A DNA stretch of 63,976 nt, counting the filler, from Neolecta irregularis DAH-3 (Eukaryota): the NCBI GenBank assembly GCA_001929475.1. It is 21 parts of 21 records of this genome, joined end to end, with 100 filler letters (N's around TTAATTAATTAA, not from the genome) between each part and the next. Parts side by side here need not be neighbours in the genome. Positions count along the whole stretch, not along the records: positions 1 to 3,858 come from LXFE01001729.1; positions 3,959 to 6,048 come from LXFE01001739.1; positions 6,149 to 7,799 come from LXFE01001741.1; positions 7,900 to 10,025 come from LXFE01001744.1; positions 10,126 to 11,344 come from LXFE01001747.1; 16 more parts are not named here. One strand, 5' to 3'. Positions 1-11,444 of the stretch are shown here, in pieces. Every line of letters begins with the position of its first letter. Within the stretch, counting starts at the first letter, position 1. The position numbers were made by a program, and so were the translations under genes. The notes beneath the pieces were generated by a model, which was given only the letters and a program-made list of their open reading frames with translations, did no database searches and was not told the DNA's origin.

Positions 1-799
1 ATGCAGCAGACATAGTGTTGAAGGCTGTGAAGTTGGCTTCAGTGTAGGCAATGAATAATAAATCAAACTAGCTAGGCGTTAATTACTGAAACTGACGGTA
101 TATGGAAGAGATCTCAAGTCCGAGGGAATCTGTGCAATTGTAAAACTTTACAAACTCCTGAACTCATGCATTTCCGATCTGCATCATTATATGCTTTATT
201 GATATCAATGTGTTGATAACCAGCATCTCACTCATGGTTAAAGAATCCGGGGATGAAGCTTAGCGTAGTGCCTGCCTCGCTGATTCGACGAAGATTCAGA
301 TCGACAGCTTTTAGAAAATGGACAATGAAGCTCGATTATCAGTTAAACTGACGAAACGAATAATGCGCAATGACTCACCGATCATTTGTAATCGTATGTG
401 TTGGTATGCAGATATATAGAAACCCATATATTCCTTCGGCGGGAATGGTAAATTCGAAGACCCCAATGAGAATCCCTGAATATGATTCGATGGGATATTA
501 ATGGATTTGCTTCAGTGAAGAGCGACCAGAGAGCGCTTGATCGAGAAAAGAGTCTAGGACTTTTCGCTCATCTAATGCCCTGCGTCTGGAATGGGCGAAT
601 GCAGCTACTAGAGATCGTGTTCATGGCACCTACACTTACACATGAATTTTCCTATACAATCATTTATAGACTATTGGAATATATTCGAACCTATATTCGG
701 GCTAACCTTGAAGATTGACTTTCTCGCAGTAAACCTCTGCATGTCTCCATATTCGAGATAGCCCCATTTGACTCTCTTTATTCAACCCGCTCACTCACA

Positions 800-3090
800 A
801 TGACCCGTCCCCAGAAATCGCATGCCGCTCAAAACGCCCGCGCGTTGCGGAGACGGATGGATGGAGACGGCGATCTCAAAATGTTGGGCGAAGGTCCCGG
901 GCTCGCTGCGAGATTGTATTAATCACCTTTCTCTGCTACTAGTGTCTCAGTTTTCAGTGCTCCATACTCTGGCAAAGGCAAACGTAGTGGTGGAAAGGCA
1001 CCTCCCATGTTGAATCAGGTTGATCTGGTTGTACGTCTGAATTCTACAAGAACAAGTATTCAAATTTCAGGTCACTGGTCACGAAGGAGCACCCGAAGAC
1101 GACTTTCGAAAATTCATCTTTCGAAAATCACAAGCGAGAATTTCAAATGTATCGCATGTTTGTTCTGATCGATTGATTCTGACTATAATTAGCTTCGAAC
1201 CGAGGGTTCACGACTTATTTTCTCAGTTTCAGAATCAAATAAAGGTCGAGTTTTAACACTCAACGGTGTGAAATTCGCTGGTGATACAGTAATCCCGCCT
1301 TGTTGCAGGAATTGAAGTAGCAAGATAACCGTTAGATCACAATCGTTCCAAACACTCCATACACTACAACCACTCCTGAACAAGCTGCTAAAACTCTTGA
1401 CTTAAAGGCTACTTTTGAAGCGTTTCTTGCTTCGAGATATCACCCCGAGACCAAGTTTCTGAATCTCTCGGCACTGAGTCAGGAGGCAGGGTTGAGAGAA
1501 AAGGGGTTATTTACTACAATGGAGAAAAGTAGTAAGATGTTTCTGGCAATGATGACCATTGCGGAGAAACATCTTGGAGATGTACGCATACACATATCAG
1601 TTAGGGCTATTCATTTATTTCCCAGGTTCATTCAGTCGACTTATCCAACAATGGACTCGTTGAACTTCGTGGCATCTCAATACTCTCTCAGTCCTACCCT
1701 TCTCTCAAAAATCTGAGTTTAGAGAACAATAAACTCGATGCTGTAGAGAAACTAGATGTTTGGTTCTCTCGTTCCAAGTTTCCTGCTTTAGTAGAACTAG
1801 TGCTTCGAGGAAACCCATTTGTTGGAAAGATGTCTGGAGAAGAGTATCAAAAGTAATTTTCTTTCTTGAAAATCTCTTTGATTTTTCTAGATCTATTCTG
1901 AAACGATTCCCAAGTTTGATCTTGCTCGATGGAATCACAATTCAGACAGATGATATCGGTCCCAATCAGCCAAGTATGTTTGAATCGGAGGAACTTCAAA
2001 CTCAAGTCATGGCCTTTCTTGGAGCGCATGGTTTGTCGATTGCATTCGCTGATTAGTAGATACTTTTCTGCATTTGATAATAATCGCGAAAATGTCCATG
2101 AGATATATACTCCCGAAGCGTGTTTCAGCATCTCTGTGAATACTTCAACAAGATCACGGGATACTGGAAATTTTCATTCCAAAGGCAACTGGTATAAATG
2201 GACACGGTCGAGTAGAAATTTGGACAAAGTTGTGAAAGATGGTATGTTGAATTTCTCTTCTTGTGAATCAAGAGAATTGGTGCACGCTGCAATCTGATCG
2301 GAATGTTTGTGTCTCAACGGCATTGGCCGACAATGTTTGAAATCACTTCAACTCTGCTCTTTCGACTAATCGAACCATATTGACTGCATTCGTTTATTCT
2401 TTGTGGTGCCACCTTTTTTTCGCATACGATTACTAAGAGTAGTGTTATTATTTCACAAACAGGAATACATCAATCTTGTTTATGCCCGTACAAGGAGCAA
2501 ACTTACCGTTGCCGAAGACAAATATTTTGGTTAAAGATATTGTCATCTGCGTCAATTTCTGTCTTTTTTTATCAAATTGCACTAATATTTTTATAGATCA
2601 TCGAATCACCAAGCTAAACACGACGCCAGACCAAATCTCTCGGATATTCAAATTATTGCCGAAGACTATTCATGATTTATCTAATCCTCATCTTTTTTCA
2701 ATACAGGCTTGGACGATCAATGAGGGCGTCCATGTCACAATATCTGGAGAATTCACTGATCCTGAGTACAATATAAAACGCAGTTTTGATCGGTCATTGC
2801 TTCTTGTTGGCCCGACTCCTCAGTGTACTGCACTGGGAGTTGCCGCAGCCATTCGAAATGATCTACTTACCGTCCGAAGTTACTCTGGGAATCTTTACCT
2901 TGAGTATATCCAGAAACTCAAGAGTCAGACTAAACTGAACGATTTATGGGCGAAATTGTGCTTGGAACAAAGTCAGTGGCAATTCCATGTTGCTGTTGAG
3001 AATTTTAATCGGGAACGGGTATGTAAAAATTTTGGATTTGAAGAGTTTACTCATTAGCCGAATATCCCGGTTGACGCATTTACCGACTGA
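800..3090 (+). CDS. MEX67: mRNA export factor Mex67/NXF1 (LRR, NTF2-like and TAP-C/UBA domains), multi-intron
   Basis: The spliced reading gives MTRPQKS..., an LRR (SKMFLAMM, ELVLRGNP, KRFPSLILLDG), an NTF2-like domain (YFSAFDNNRE..YTPEACFSISVN, SGEFTDP..RSFDRSLLLV) and TAP-C (LKSQTKLNDLWAKLCLEQSQW..PVDAF). Confidence 0.92.
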
Positions 3091-3858
3091 TTACGATTTA
3101 TTTTTTCCCTTGTATATACGTGGTTTGGGTATTTAGATGAAACTGCGTCTGGTCAAGTGTAAGATGTTCGATTTATAATGTGTTGCGATATCTATCCATG
3201 TGAAACGTATCATCAGGGCAATATAAGGTATAGCGCATGGGTTACTCTCCGCATTAGAGTAGACCTCAAACGCCGAATGGATAAGCGGCTGGGTGGTATA
3301 GTTCGATCCAATGCGTCTAATCACATCAACACACAGTCGATACGACTGGTTGTTGGTTCGGATTGTCCCTTCCCCTACAAATAGACCTATGGAGGGGTCT
3401 AGAACACACATTTTCCCTGGTTCGATCTCGGTTTGTTAGGTCTAGGTATTATACATGCCGATTTAGCAAAAATATATATTTTAAAAGAAGTTTTAATTGG
3501 GTGTGTGCTGGAATGGCAAAGTGAAAGTGTGTTTGTGATATGCTGGTAAGAGATAATTGACGTCGATCGATTACGTGGACATATGGGAGGGCGAGGCGAA
3601 AGCTGGGCGTGGCGGCCGGCAGTGAGCCAGTTAGTTTTAATGGACTGGGTACGGCTGGGCGGCCTTCTGTGTGTATGGTGGTGAGCGGTGTTTCATGGAG
3701 CGGTGTAGCTAGAGACGGGACGGCTTGGGAAAAAGAGGACTGGGTCCGGCGGCGGGGGAAGCTCTGGGGGAAGGGCGGGCTGCCAGGACTGGCGGGGGGC
3801 AGCAGGGCGCGGCGTGTTTGGGTCAACACCGCCGCCGCTCACCACCTGGGCTCCCGCT

Positions 3859-3958
3859 NNNNNNNNNNNNNNNNNNNNNNNNNNNNNNNNNNNNNNNNNN
3901 NNTTAATTAATTAANNNNNNNNNNNNNNNNNNNNNNNNNNNNNNNNNNNNNNNNNNNN
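3859..3958. other. Artificial contig linker N44-TTAATTAATTAA-N44. This is the first of 20; the others start at 6049, 7800, 10026, 11345, 12559, 19543, 23119, 26263, 29393, 35269, 37464, 41996, 45191, 52804, 53988, 56542, 57780, 59461 and 62677.
   Basis: An identical 100-nt spacer with stop codons in all six frames separates unrelated sequences. Confidence 0.98.
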
Positions 3959-4185
3959 CCCCAGCCACCATAAAAGATATCATATTCTTTCATAGTGGCT
4001 GGTGAAGTTACCCTCAAGAGTTTTGGAACAAATATTTGGATATTTGGATGAAAATGGTGGCTACTGAGCACAAAGAAAACGTTGGAATTGAACGTGGCGC
4101 AAAACGCCACGTTCAATTGAAATTTGTCAAAATTACCTAATATCATGATATTTGGGTCAAAATGGTGGCTGGCAAAGGCACCCTA
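3959..4185 (-). mobile_element. hAT-like DNA transposon terminus with CCAGCCACCAT subterminal motifs
   Basis: The reverse complement TAGGGTGCCTTTGCCAGCCACCATTTTGACCCAAATATCATG matches CAGGGTGGGTTCGCCAGCCACCATATTCGCCCAAATATCATG at 42451. A YAGGG start is typical of hAT TIRs. Confidence 0.55.
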
Positions 4186-4302
4186 AATGTTACACAGCTC
4201 CAGTCGCTCAGATAACTACCGCACGAAGTGCGAATGAGGGACGACATCTGTTCAGCAGGAAGCATAAATAATTCCAACCTCATCCACCATCTTGTTGCCA
4301 CC

Positions 4303-5019
4303 ATGGCGTTTCAATTCTCTAAACTCTGGTTCAGTCTTTCCATCGAAATGAGATGGAAAATTCTCAGTAACCTCTCTCGTAATGAGATTTTTGCAATCCC
4401 TGATCCAATCACGATTAGACAATATATTGTGTATCAAGAAAGAACTTACGAGATTTTCAATAAGGAACTATACACAAAATTTGCCAAGAATGACCATCAA
4501 TGGGTTTATAATAACCTTTCAAGGCTCAACAAGTGTCTTATTATGGCTGAAAGACTGGGCTTTCGGGGGTTCTTGACCGCTCGTGTCATGGATTATTTGT
4601 GGAATCACGGCAAACGAATTCTCATCAACGGGAACAAAAGTCTTCCAGATGAAGTCTTTCATATCCTACTCCGCCTACCAATGGTAGTCTCAAGAACTTT
4701 TGATATTCATCTTATTGGGGTTATCGGTCTGCTTGTCGATGCAGGTTCATTGACACAAGCCAATCTCTTATTGCATGCATGCTACGAAAACTGGGCACCG
4801 GAAGATTGGCGAAGAGGTTTTCAATATACCCTTCAAGAATGTGTGGTTACAAGTATCCAGAAAAACCACAAAAGTGCAGACGTTGCCGCAGTTGAGATGC
4901 TGGAGGAGATGCAAGGTATTCTACGAGATGTCACGCCTGCTCGTTGTTCAGTAGACGGACGTGTAAATGTGTTTGTAGGACTACCTATATGGATGAAACG
5001 GGTCCAGGTTCCTGTATAA
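4303..5019 (+). CDS. Intronless hypothetical protein with an F-box-like N-terminus
   Basis: ATG in GCCACCATGG context. FSKLWFSLSIEMRWKILSNL resembles the F-box LxxLPxE..xI..L pattern. Confidence 0.5.
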   Translation: MAFQFSKLWFSLSIEMRWKILSNLSRNEIFAIPDPITIRQYIVYQERTYEIFNKELYTKFAKNDHQWVYNNLSRLNKCLIMAERLGFRGFLTARVMDYLWNHGKRILINGNKSLPDEVFHILLRLPMVVSRTFDIHLIGVIGLLVDAGSLTQANLLLHACYENWAPEDWRRGFQYTLQECVVTSIQKNHKSADVAAVEMLEEMQGILRDVTPARCSVDGRVNVFVGLPIWMKRVQVPV

Positions 5020-5200
5020 AAGTGTTTTGGTAAAAAAAGAGTATATGTTGAGCATACAGCCAAGGGTTCGGTGCAGCCGCCTTCGGCAATTCGTCTGCCG
5101 CAGCCGAAGCCGCACGCCGAAATCTAGACCGCCACCGACGCCCAGCCCCGGGTCTGGGCCGCCTTCAAAAACGCCTCTATCGCTGCTGCTTGGCGCCATC

Positions 5201-5779
5201 ATGCCCACCGACCGCCCTGCCTTCATGGGTGCTTTTCCGCGATTTTCCCAGGTTCGCTACTCCATCCTGCAGGCCGGAAGTCTAGCATCCGCCGCCGCAG
5301 AAAATGCCTTTCGTTTCCATAAACACTTGATCCGGGGCGAGCTGGACAAAGCGGTTCTCGAATGTCACCCCGATTTCGTGGTCGAGGAATCTCCGGGACT
5401 TCCATACGATAAACAGTACTACGAAGGGCTTGCTGGTTTGCAGGAGCTGCTGCTAAACATGGCGGCCTGCATGGAAATGAATGATACGCGCGTCGAAGTC
5501 TTCCCCGTTAGTGAAGAACTTGTATTCATTGCCTGGAACGCGAAATGTACGACAAAGCAAACGAATCAAACATTCAATCTTGATCTCATCAACAAGCTCG
5601 ACTTCAGAGACAATAAAATCATCAAGATCAAAAGCTACTATTTAAATCAAAGTGAACTTCTTTTGGACGAAATGGTTGCGCGCCAAGGCATGACACCTCT
5701 CATACAGGCCAAAATGAAGCATTGCCGTGAGAAGATCGAAGAGGGTAAAACCTATCTCCAAAATCTTGCTACGGAATAA
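5201..5779 (+). CDS. SnoaL-like/ketosteroid-isomerase-like (NTF2 fold) protein, intronless
   Basis: RGELDKAVLECHPDFVVEESPGLPY..YEGLAGL and LDFRDNKIIKIKSYY follow the SnoaL_2 pattern. The start codon is uncertain. Confidence 0.7.
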   Translation: MPTDRPAFMGAFPRFSQVRYSILQAGSLASAAAENAFRFHKHLIRGELDKAVLECHPDFVVEESPGLPYDKQYYEGLAGLQELLLNMAACMEMNDTRVEVFPVSEELVFIAWNAKCTTKQTNQTFNLDLINKLDFRDNKIIKIKSYYLNQSELLLDEMVARQGMTPLIQAKMKHCREKIEEGKTYLQNLATE

Positions 5780-5884
5780 TTTTTATTCATATGATCTGGC
5801 GTTCTGTATTCTTTTCGGAGCAGACTCGTTCAAAAAGTTATTATTGTGTATCATTTTCATATTTTCTTTTCGTACTTTTGTATT

Positions 5885-6048
5885 GTAAGTATTGAAGCCC
5901 AGATACGAATAAGACTAGGTTATATTGTTTCTAGCCTAAGTATTGGTGACTTTCGCAGGACATACCTAGCCTAAGTATTGGTGACTTGGCTAGGTATGAA
6001 CCGCCTATCTATATTATATAATACAATTTTAATTGCCGCAATATTATT
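5885..6048 (-). mobile_element. LTR remnant, family C (related to the LTR of the gypsy element at 59561)
   Basis: The reverse complement contains TATAACCTAGTCTTATT and ends CAATACTTACA, as at 51720-51763 and 59585-59625. It has an internal duplication of CTAGCCTAAGTATTGGTGACTT. Confidence 0.55.
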
Positions 6049-6329
6049 NNNNNNNNNNNNNNNNNNNNNNNNNNNNNNNNNNNNNNNNNNNNTTAATTAA
6101 TTAANNNNNNNNNNNNNNNNNNNNNNNNNNNNNNNNNNNNNNNNNNNNACTGACTTTGTTTATTAATCTCAACATATCACATGAATAGAAAGCATACATC
6201 AGAAACAACCAAACAATGATGCCTGAAATACCTGATAGATTTTCCCAACACAACGAAGTCACTTAGACAACATGTGTCCTTTGTAAAGCTACATGTATCA
6301 AGCAACTTGCACCAGCTTTTGATTCAACT

Positions 6330-7799
6330 TACTCAACAGGTTGACTGGACGATGTCCGATATCAGCCATTGAGCATCCTCAGTCCCAGAAATTTCCATCT
6401 CCGCACAGAATTCGTGAGACAAATGGGCGAGTAACGGCAAAGAAAGAAATCAACAGAAATTATTTTGCCTGATCGTTGCCTTGAAGAATTGCCGATATTG
6501 TGTAGAATAGTCGTAATATTTGCCTGTGAGCTTGCGTTTTCGATGATGGGAGGTGAAACGTTAAATACGTCTCCGCATTGTAATCGCGAGACAAATGGGC
6601 ACGGAGTCGTTGACCCACAATGTGGGCGTAGTAAACTGCAGGCACTTGAGGGTAAGATAGGCAGCAATAATGGATGAAAGATACCGATGGAGACTGTAGT
6701 TGTGGAACGTTCAAAATTGTAACACATGTTGTGACACATTTCTTGAAACTCAGCGACTGTGATATTAATCTTGTTATCAATCACATCTAGGATTTGAGAA
6801 GATTGATAGAACAATGACATACGGTAATGAGCCGGGCGAGCAGTTCCCTGAAGAGCATGATGCGCTTGAACAACTGTACCATCAACAGGAATCATATTCA
6901 ACTGGGTCAGTAATAACAGAGTCGACAATAAGGTCGGACATTGCCATTTTTATCCGCATTTGCACTACCCGGGAAAAGACGAGTATGATGTTTGTTAACA
7001 ACACAAACCATTATGGCTGGACGATATTTGGCGCTGTGTGAAGTACAGGCCCTTTGAATTACACCAAGTTCGTCTTGTTTTAATCACAAAAATGGTCCTT
7101 CTGAGACGTCGTCTCGAAAGCATCTAACCAACCGTAAGAAAAAGTGACCTTTTAGAAGAGAACAATGCATGATATTTTGAGATACCTTCAAAACATTTAT
7201 TGTCAGAGCAACTTGGCACGCAACTCCAAGGTCTATATCACAGGATCCCTTGATTCTATTATACAATTCGGTATTTCTAAAGGAGTAAAGGCAAAGAAAG
7301 AAATCAACAGAGGCCTTTTTGCCTGATCGTTGCCTTGCAGAATTGCCGATATTGTATAGAACAGTCGTAATATTTGTCTGTGCGTTTGGGTTTTCGATGA
7401 TGGGAGTTGTAACGTTAAATATCATGCCGCACTCTCGGTCGCAGTGAGTCAACTGGTCAACAAATTGACGGAGCTGTTCTGCGTTGCAATGACGTTGACT
7501 GTCAAAGATTACAATAGCCCTTTTGTTATGACTTTAGACTGGATTGATTAGGATAACTCAAGGGCTGTAGGAACATACTTTGATGAATCTGTTATTTTTG
7601 AGATCCCATTGTGCATTATCCCGGATCTGGGCGCATTTGTTGCCAAACTGAACGTCAGGTTTGGGTAAAAGTCCTCCATGGACAAGAGATCATTTTCGTG
7701 TCGACTTGCAAGCCATAGTGGCGAAGCATGGATTCTCTAGACCAATCGAGTGAGTCGACATTTCTAGAAATCTGGGCTTTTCGATCATTAGGCCTCATT
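6330..7799 (-). pseudogene. Rearranged Argonaute pseudogene (L2, MID and PIWI remnants)
   Basis: GGLLPKPDVQFG..QWDLKNNRF (L2); ELYNRIKGSCDIDLGVACQ (MID); FRDDVSEG, VVNKHHTRLFP, QAHHALQGTARPAHY, MCYNFERSTTTVS and PAVYYAH (PIWI). It has a large deletion and internal duplications. Confidence 0.88.
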
Positions 7800-7899
7800 N
7801 NNNNNNNNNNNNNNNNNNNNNNNNNNNNNNNNNNNNNNNNNNNTTAATTAATTAANNNNNNNNNNNNNNNNNNNNNNNNNNNNNNNNNNNNNNNNNNNN

Positions 7900-8152
7900 A
7901 GCCCCCTATTCCTAGGAGTTCACCTAAAGTCTGGTATAGGAGTTCTAGCCCTCAAGGCATACACATAGAGAGCTCCCACAGATACATGAACCTTGCTCAA
8001 AATACTTCCCTGAGTATCTCCCATCCCTACTGAGTAGTTTACCACAGTTAGGGTATAGGTCCAGCCATCCAGATAACTCTCCTCATTAATTCCTCCTCTT
8101 TCTCTATCTATTATACATGATTATATACCTGTCCTTCCATTAACATATCACA
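7900..8152 (+). mobile_element. 3' part of LTR, family B (a second degraded copy lies at about 8540-8682)
   Basis: The end TCTCTATCTATTATACATGATTATATACC...TAACATATCACA recurs at 8622-8682 and 62777-62837. The 5' continuation overlaps the reverse complement of the start of the contig at 35369. Confidence 0.7.
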
Positions 8153-9049
8153 CCATCAGAATCGAATTCTTGCTCAACTTTTGTTAGTTTTTCTTAGTTA
8201 AGAAAAGAAGGACCAGAACCTTACTCATGGTATTAGTATTGGGAATCGACCATAGTATCAAGTTTACCTGAACTTTATTGGGACAGTCCCTATTATACTA
8301 AGTTCAGTAAGTTTTGGTAACTTCACATAACTCGGTTAGTCGTTATATCACATTTGTGTTATCTTGCCTATAATATCCAAGTAGAGCATCTCGAGTCTTT
8401 TCTTTTCACTGTATTATTGCTCATACAAATTGTTATTGTATCTGGAGTTATCATCCATTAGCTGTCGTATATTGAACTTAGAATTTTCCCTCAAGATAGA
8501 GCATTTCTGGGAAATATATGGAATCTGTCCCAAGTACTTCCCTTACCTCAGATACCCCCTACTGAGTATTTTCCAATGCTTATTAGTATAGGCTCAGCAT
8601 TTCTAATAACTCCTTATTACTCCCTCCTCTTTCTCTATATATTATACATAATTATATACCCTTCCACCTCTAACATACCACAATGTCATTCAGTACATTT
8701 ATAGAATCACTGTCTGCTCGAAGCAGGTCTGCTTGTAGATTATAGTCTGTCAGCTTGTGGGCTACTATATATTCAACCAGTATATAAAGATGTGGCTTGA
8801 CCCTGTAAACGTATTTTGCGGTTATGCTTATCAGTGTTATGTGAAGTTAACCAAACTTGCTGAATACTGAGTGGGACTGATTTTCATAAGTTTCTTTCTG
8901 ATTTATCAACTGCCCTGTTATTAGGGACTTAATCCAATATAATGACAATCAGGAAGACCAAGTACTCATGACTTGTGAAATCTTAAGTGTCGAGAGACCA
9001 AGAATATACAGATATCCTGCTGACTTGTACTTTGTCATAATAACTTGAT

Positions 9050-10025
9050 ATAAAACTGTAAGATACCATGTATCAGATAGGGCTGACTTGTCAGTACTCT
9101 TGGTTGAAGACCTGTATTGCTATGTACCTGACTCGTCAGTACTCTTGGTTGAAAACAAGAGTACTGCCATCATCAGCCTATCTACTTATAGTACAATAAT
9201 GCCGCTAATTAGTGGCTACAGAATATACTGGAAGGTTCTGGTATCTTCCGGGACCTTCTGCCACAAGACCGCATCTGGTGTTCATACTAACCACCAGTGC
9301 ACACTCCTTACAGTCCCCCCCTTGACACGTGAGAGGAGTTCCAATCACTTAGTAATTTCGGTGCGGTTTTGCTCAACTCTGACTTCCGAACCCACCAATC
9401 GTCCTCGGGACTGTATCCTTTCCATCGGACAAGGTACTTATAGCCATTCCCAACTCTTTTCTGGTCGAGAATGGCTTCTAATTCATACTCCCCAGACCCA
9501 TCGGTATAGATTTTCGATGGTCCTGGGACAGGCAGTTCTCACTTAACTGATTCTGCCATTTCGATTTTTCGTTTCAGCCGACTGATGTGGACAACAGGGT
9601 GGATGAGTGATGAAGGTGGTAACTCCAATTCGTAATTAAGATCTGATATTTTTCTTGAGATCTTGAATGGTCCTTCATAACGTACCTGCAGTTTCGGTGG
9701 CAACATTTGCTGTTTCCCATCTGGAATCACCCTTAAGTTTTCTGTTGATAGAAAGACTTTGTCCCCCTCCTGGAATCTGTCCTCTCTCCTATGTTTATCG
9801 GCTTGCACTTTCTGCAAGTCTTGTGCTTTGGAAAGTGCTGCCTGCTCATCTTCAAATATTTTTTGACATGCCGAGGAGAAGTCAGATACCGATGGAGTGG
9901 AACCTCTGTATTTGAGATCTTTCGGTGCCCGTAGGTTATAACCTAAATCCACTTCAAACGGGGTGAAACCTAGGGATGCCGAAACTGAACTGTTGTATGC
10001 AAACTCTGCCATTCCCAGCAAAGTT
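9050..10025 (-). mobile_element. Ty3/gypsy chromovirus 3' end (integrase C-terminus, chromodomain, PPT, start of 3' LTR), family A, degenerate
   Basis: AEFAYNSS..GFTPFE, GPFKI and HPVVHIS (integrase); YELEAILDQKRVGNGYKYLVRWKGYSPEDDWW (chromodomain); PPT AAGGGGGGGAC followed by LTR start TGTAAGGAGTG at 9312; premature TGA at 9539-9541. The lower LTR boundary is uncertain. Confidence 0.9.
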
Positions 10026-11444
10026 NNNNNNNNNNNNNNNNNNNNNNNNNNNNNNNNNNNNNNNNNNNNTTAATTAATTAANNNNNNNNNNNNNNNNNNN
10101 NNNNNNNNNNNNNNNNNNNNNNNNNCAACAAAGAACTAACCACAACAGCAAATCTGATACTGCCACTGCTTGATCTGAACAGAAGAACCAAAATCAAAAA
10201 GCTAAGTCTGGGGGTTACCAGTGTTAAAACTATCCGTCTCCGCGCGGACACTGAGGTAAAAGTTTTTCAGAGATGACTCCGGGTGGGTGGCAACACGGAG
10301 GTTTGTTCCAGGCATTCTTGTCCCAGCAACCTCCCACTACCACAAATGGGCAGGACAGAGCTAGTACTATGGATAAGATAGTGATTTGAGTGTTCATGTT
10401 TGATTATTTGAAGTGAAATGTGTAACACGCAGGGTGTAGCTAGATGTTGCAAGCGTTTATAAGATTATAATAGATTGTTGATTGTTGATAGGTGAGCGCG
10501 GTGGTATTGGCTTTCAGTCGCTTGGGTCGTCAAGACTTAGAAACGGAAATAAGTTAATACAATTGGCTAAACTATAGAGAAGAAAGACCGCCCATATTTA
10601 TAGCTGCCAGCAGCAGGCTGGTAACAAACGGAAAGAGCAGAGCGACAAAATAAGAGAACGCGAAAACACAGGATTTTACAGAGGTAGAAAACCGGGAGCG
10701 GTCAAATGGCTGCACAGCAGTGTACCAACCTCCCCGGAAGTAGAGATAAAATAGATAACTGAGATAAGAAAAGGAAATACCCGCCATCATCATCCTGGAT
10801 CCGGTCAAAGAGGAAAACGGACAGGTGAGCGGGTTGACTGACTTTGAGTTGAAATTTGGTGTGGCAGTCAATATCTCGTCCGCTGTGCCACAAATGAAAG
10901 GACAATATGCAAGAAATTCCCATGATGAGCAGATCTCAGACTTACAAATTACAGGTTTCCTGGGCAATGGTAGGGTTTATATTCAACTATCTGATAAATT
11001 AATTTCCCGAGTTGGTGGGGAAATAGTGTTGCAGATAATACTGCTGATGCACATGGTACGCCGTTGGATAAAATTCGCCCAAGGGGATATTTTGGGCCCA
11101 GTTCTTGGTAGATGGCTTCGAAATTGATATTATGTTAGTTTTTATTTTGGTCACATGCATTGACAGAGCATCTCAAGGCAGGCGAGGCATCTCAGCTACG
11201 CACTTGGACAAGGTGTACTCGCTGGACAGGAAATAAACGCGGTTGGCCTCACCTCAGACCCCCTCCGACCCCGCGCAACCTGCCATGGCGACACCCGACC
11301 CGGAGATGCCGCGCACGCTGCTGCTGCTGCCGCTGCCGTCAGACNNNNNNNNNNNNNNNNNNNNNNNNNNNNNNNNNNNNNNNNNNNNTTAATTAATTAA
11401 NNNNNNNNNNNNNNNNNNNNNNNNNNNNNNNNNNNNNNNNNNNN

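Noticed and set aside
1-770. Possible spliced gene on the minus strand, divergent from MEX67
   Set aside because: Intron-like signals exist, but I could not build a confident model or recognise a family.
2364-2378. GACTAATCGAACCAT in the MEX67 intron, identical from memory to a conserved 25S/28S rRNA segment
   Set aside because: It is in the sense orientation with no adjacent box D. A 15-nt match between 64 kb (both strands) and about 5 kb of rRNA is expected on the order of once by chance. Worth rechecking only if conserved in orthologous introns.
3133-3858. Minus-strand ORFs 3133-3411 and 3449-3829
   Set aside because: They may be the 3' part of a gene cut by the contig end, but no motif was recognised and the GC-rich low complexity inflates ORF length.
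3859-3958. Regularly recurring TTAATTAATTAA motif and ORFs ending in XXX-LIN
   Set aside because: It is an artificial linker with stops in all frames, not a biological repeat or CRISPR array.
10126-11344. Overlapping short ORFs on both strands
   Set aside because: No recognisable domain or consistent exon chain.
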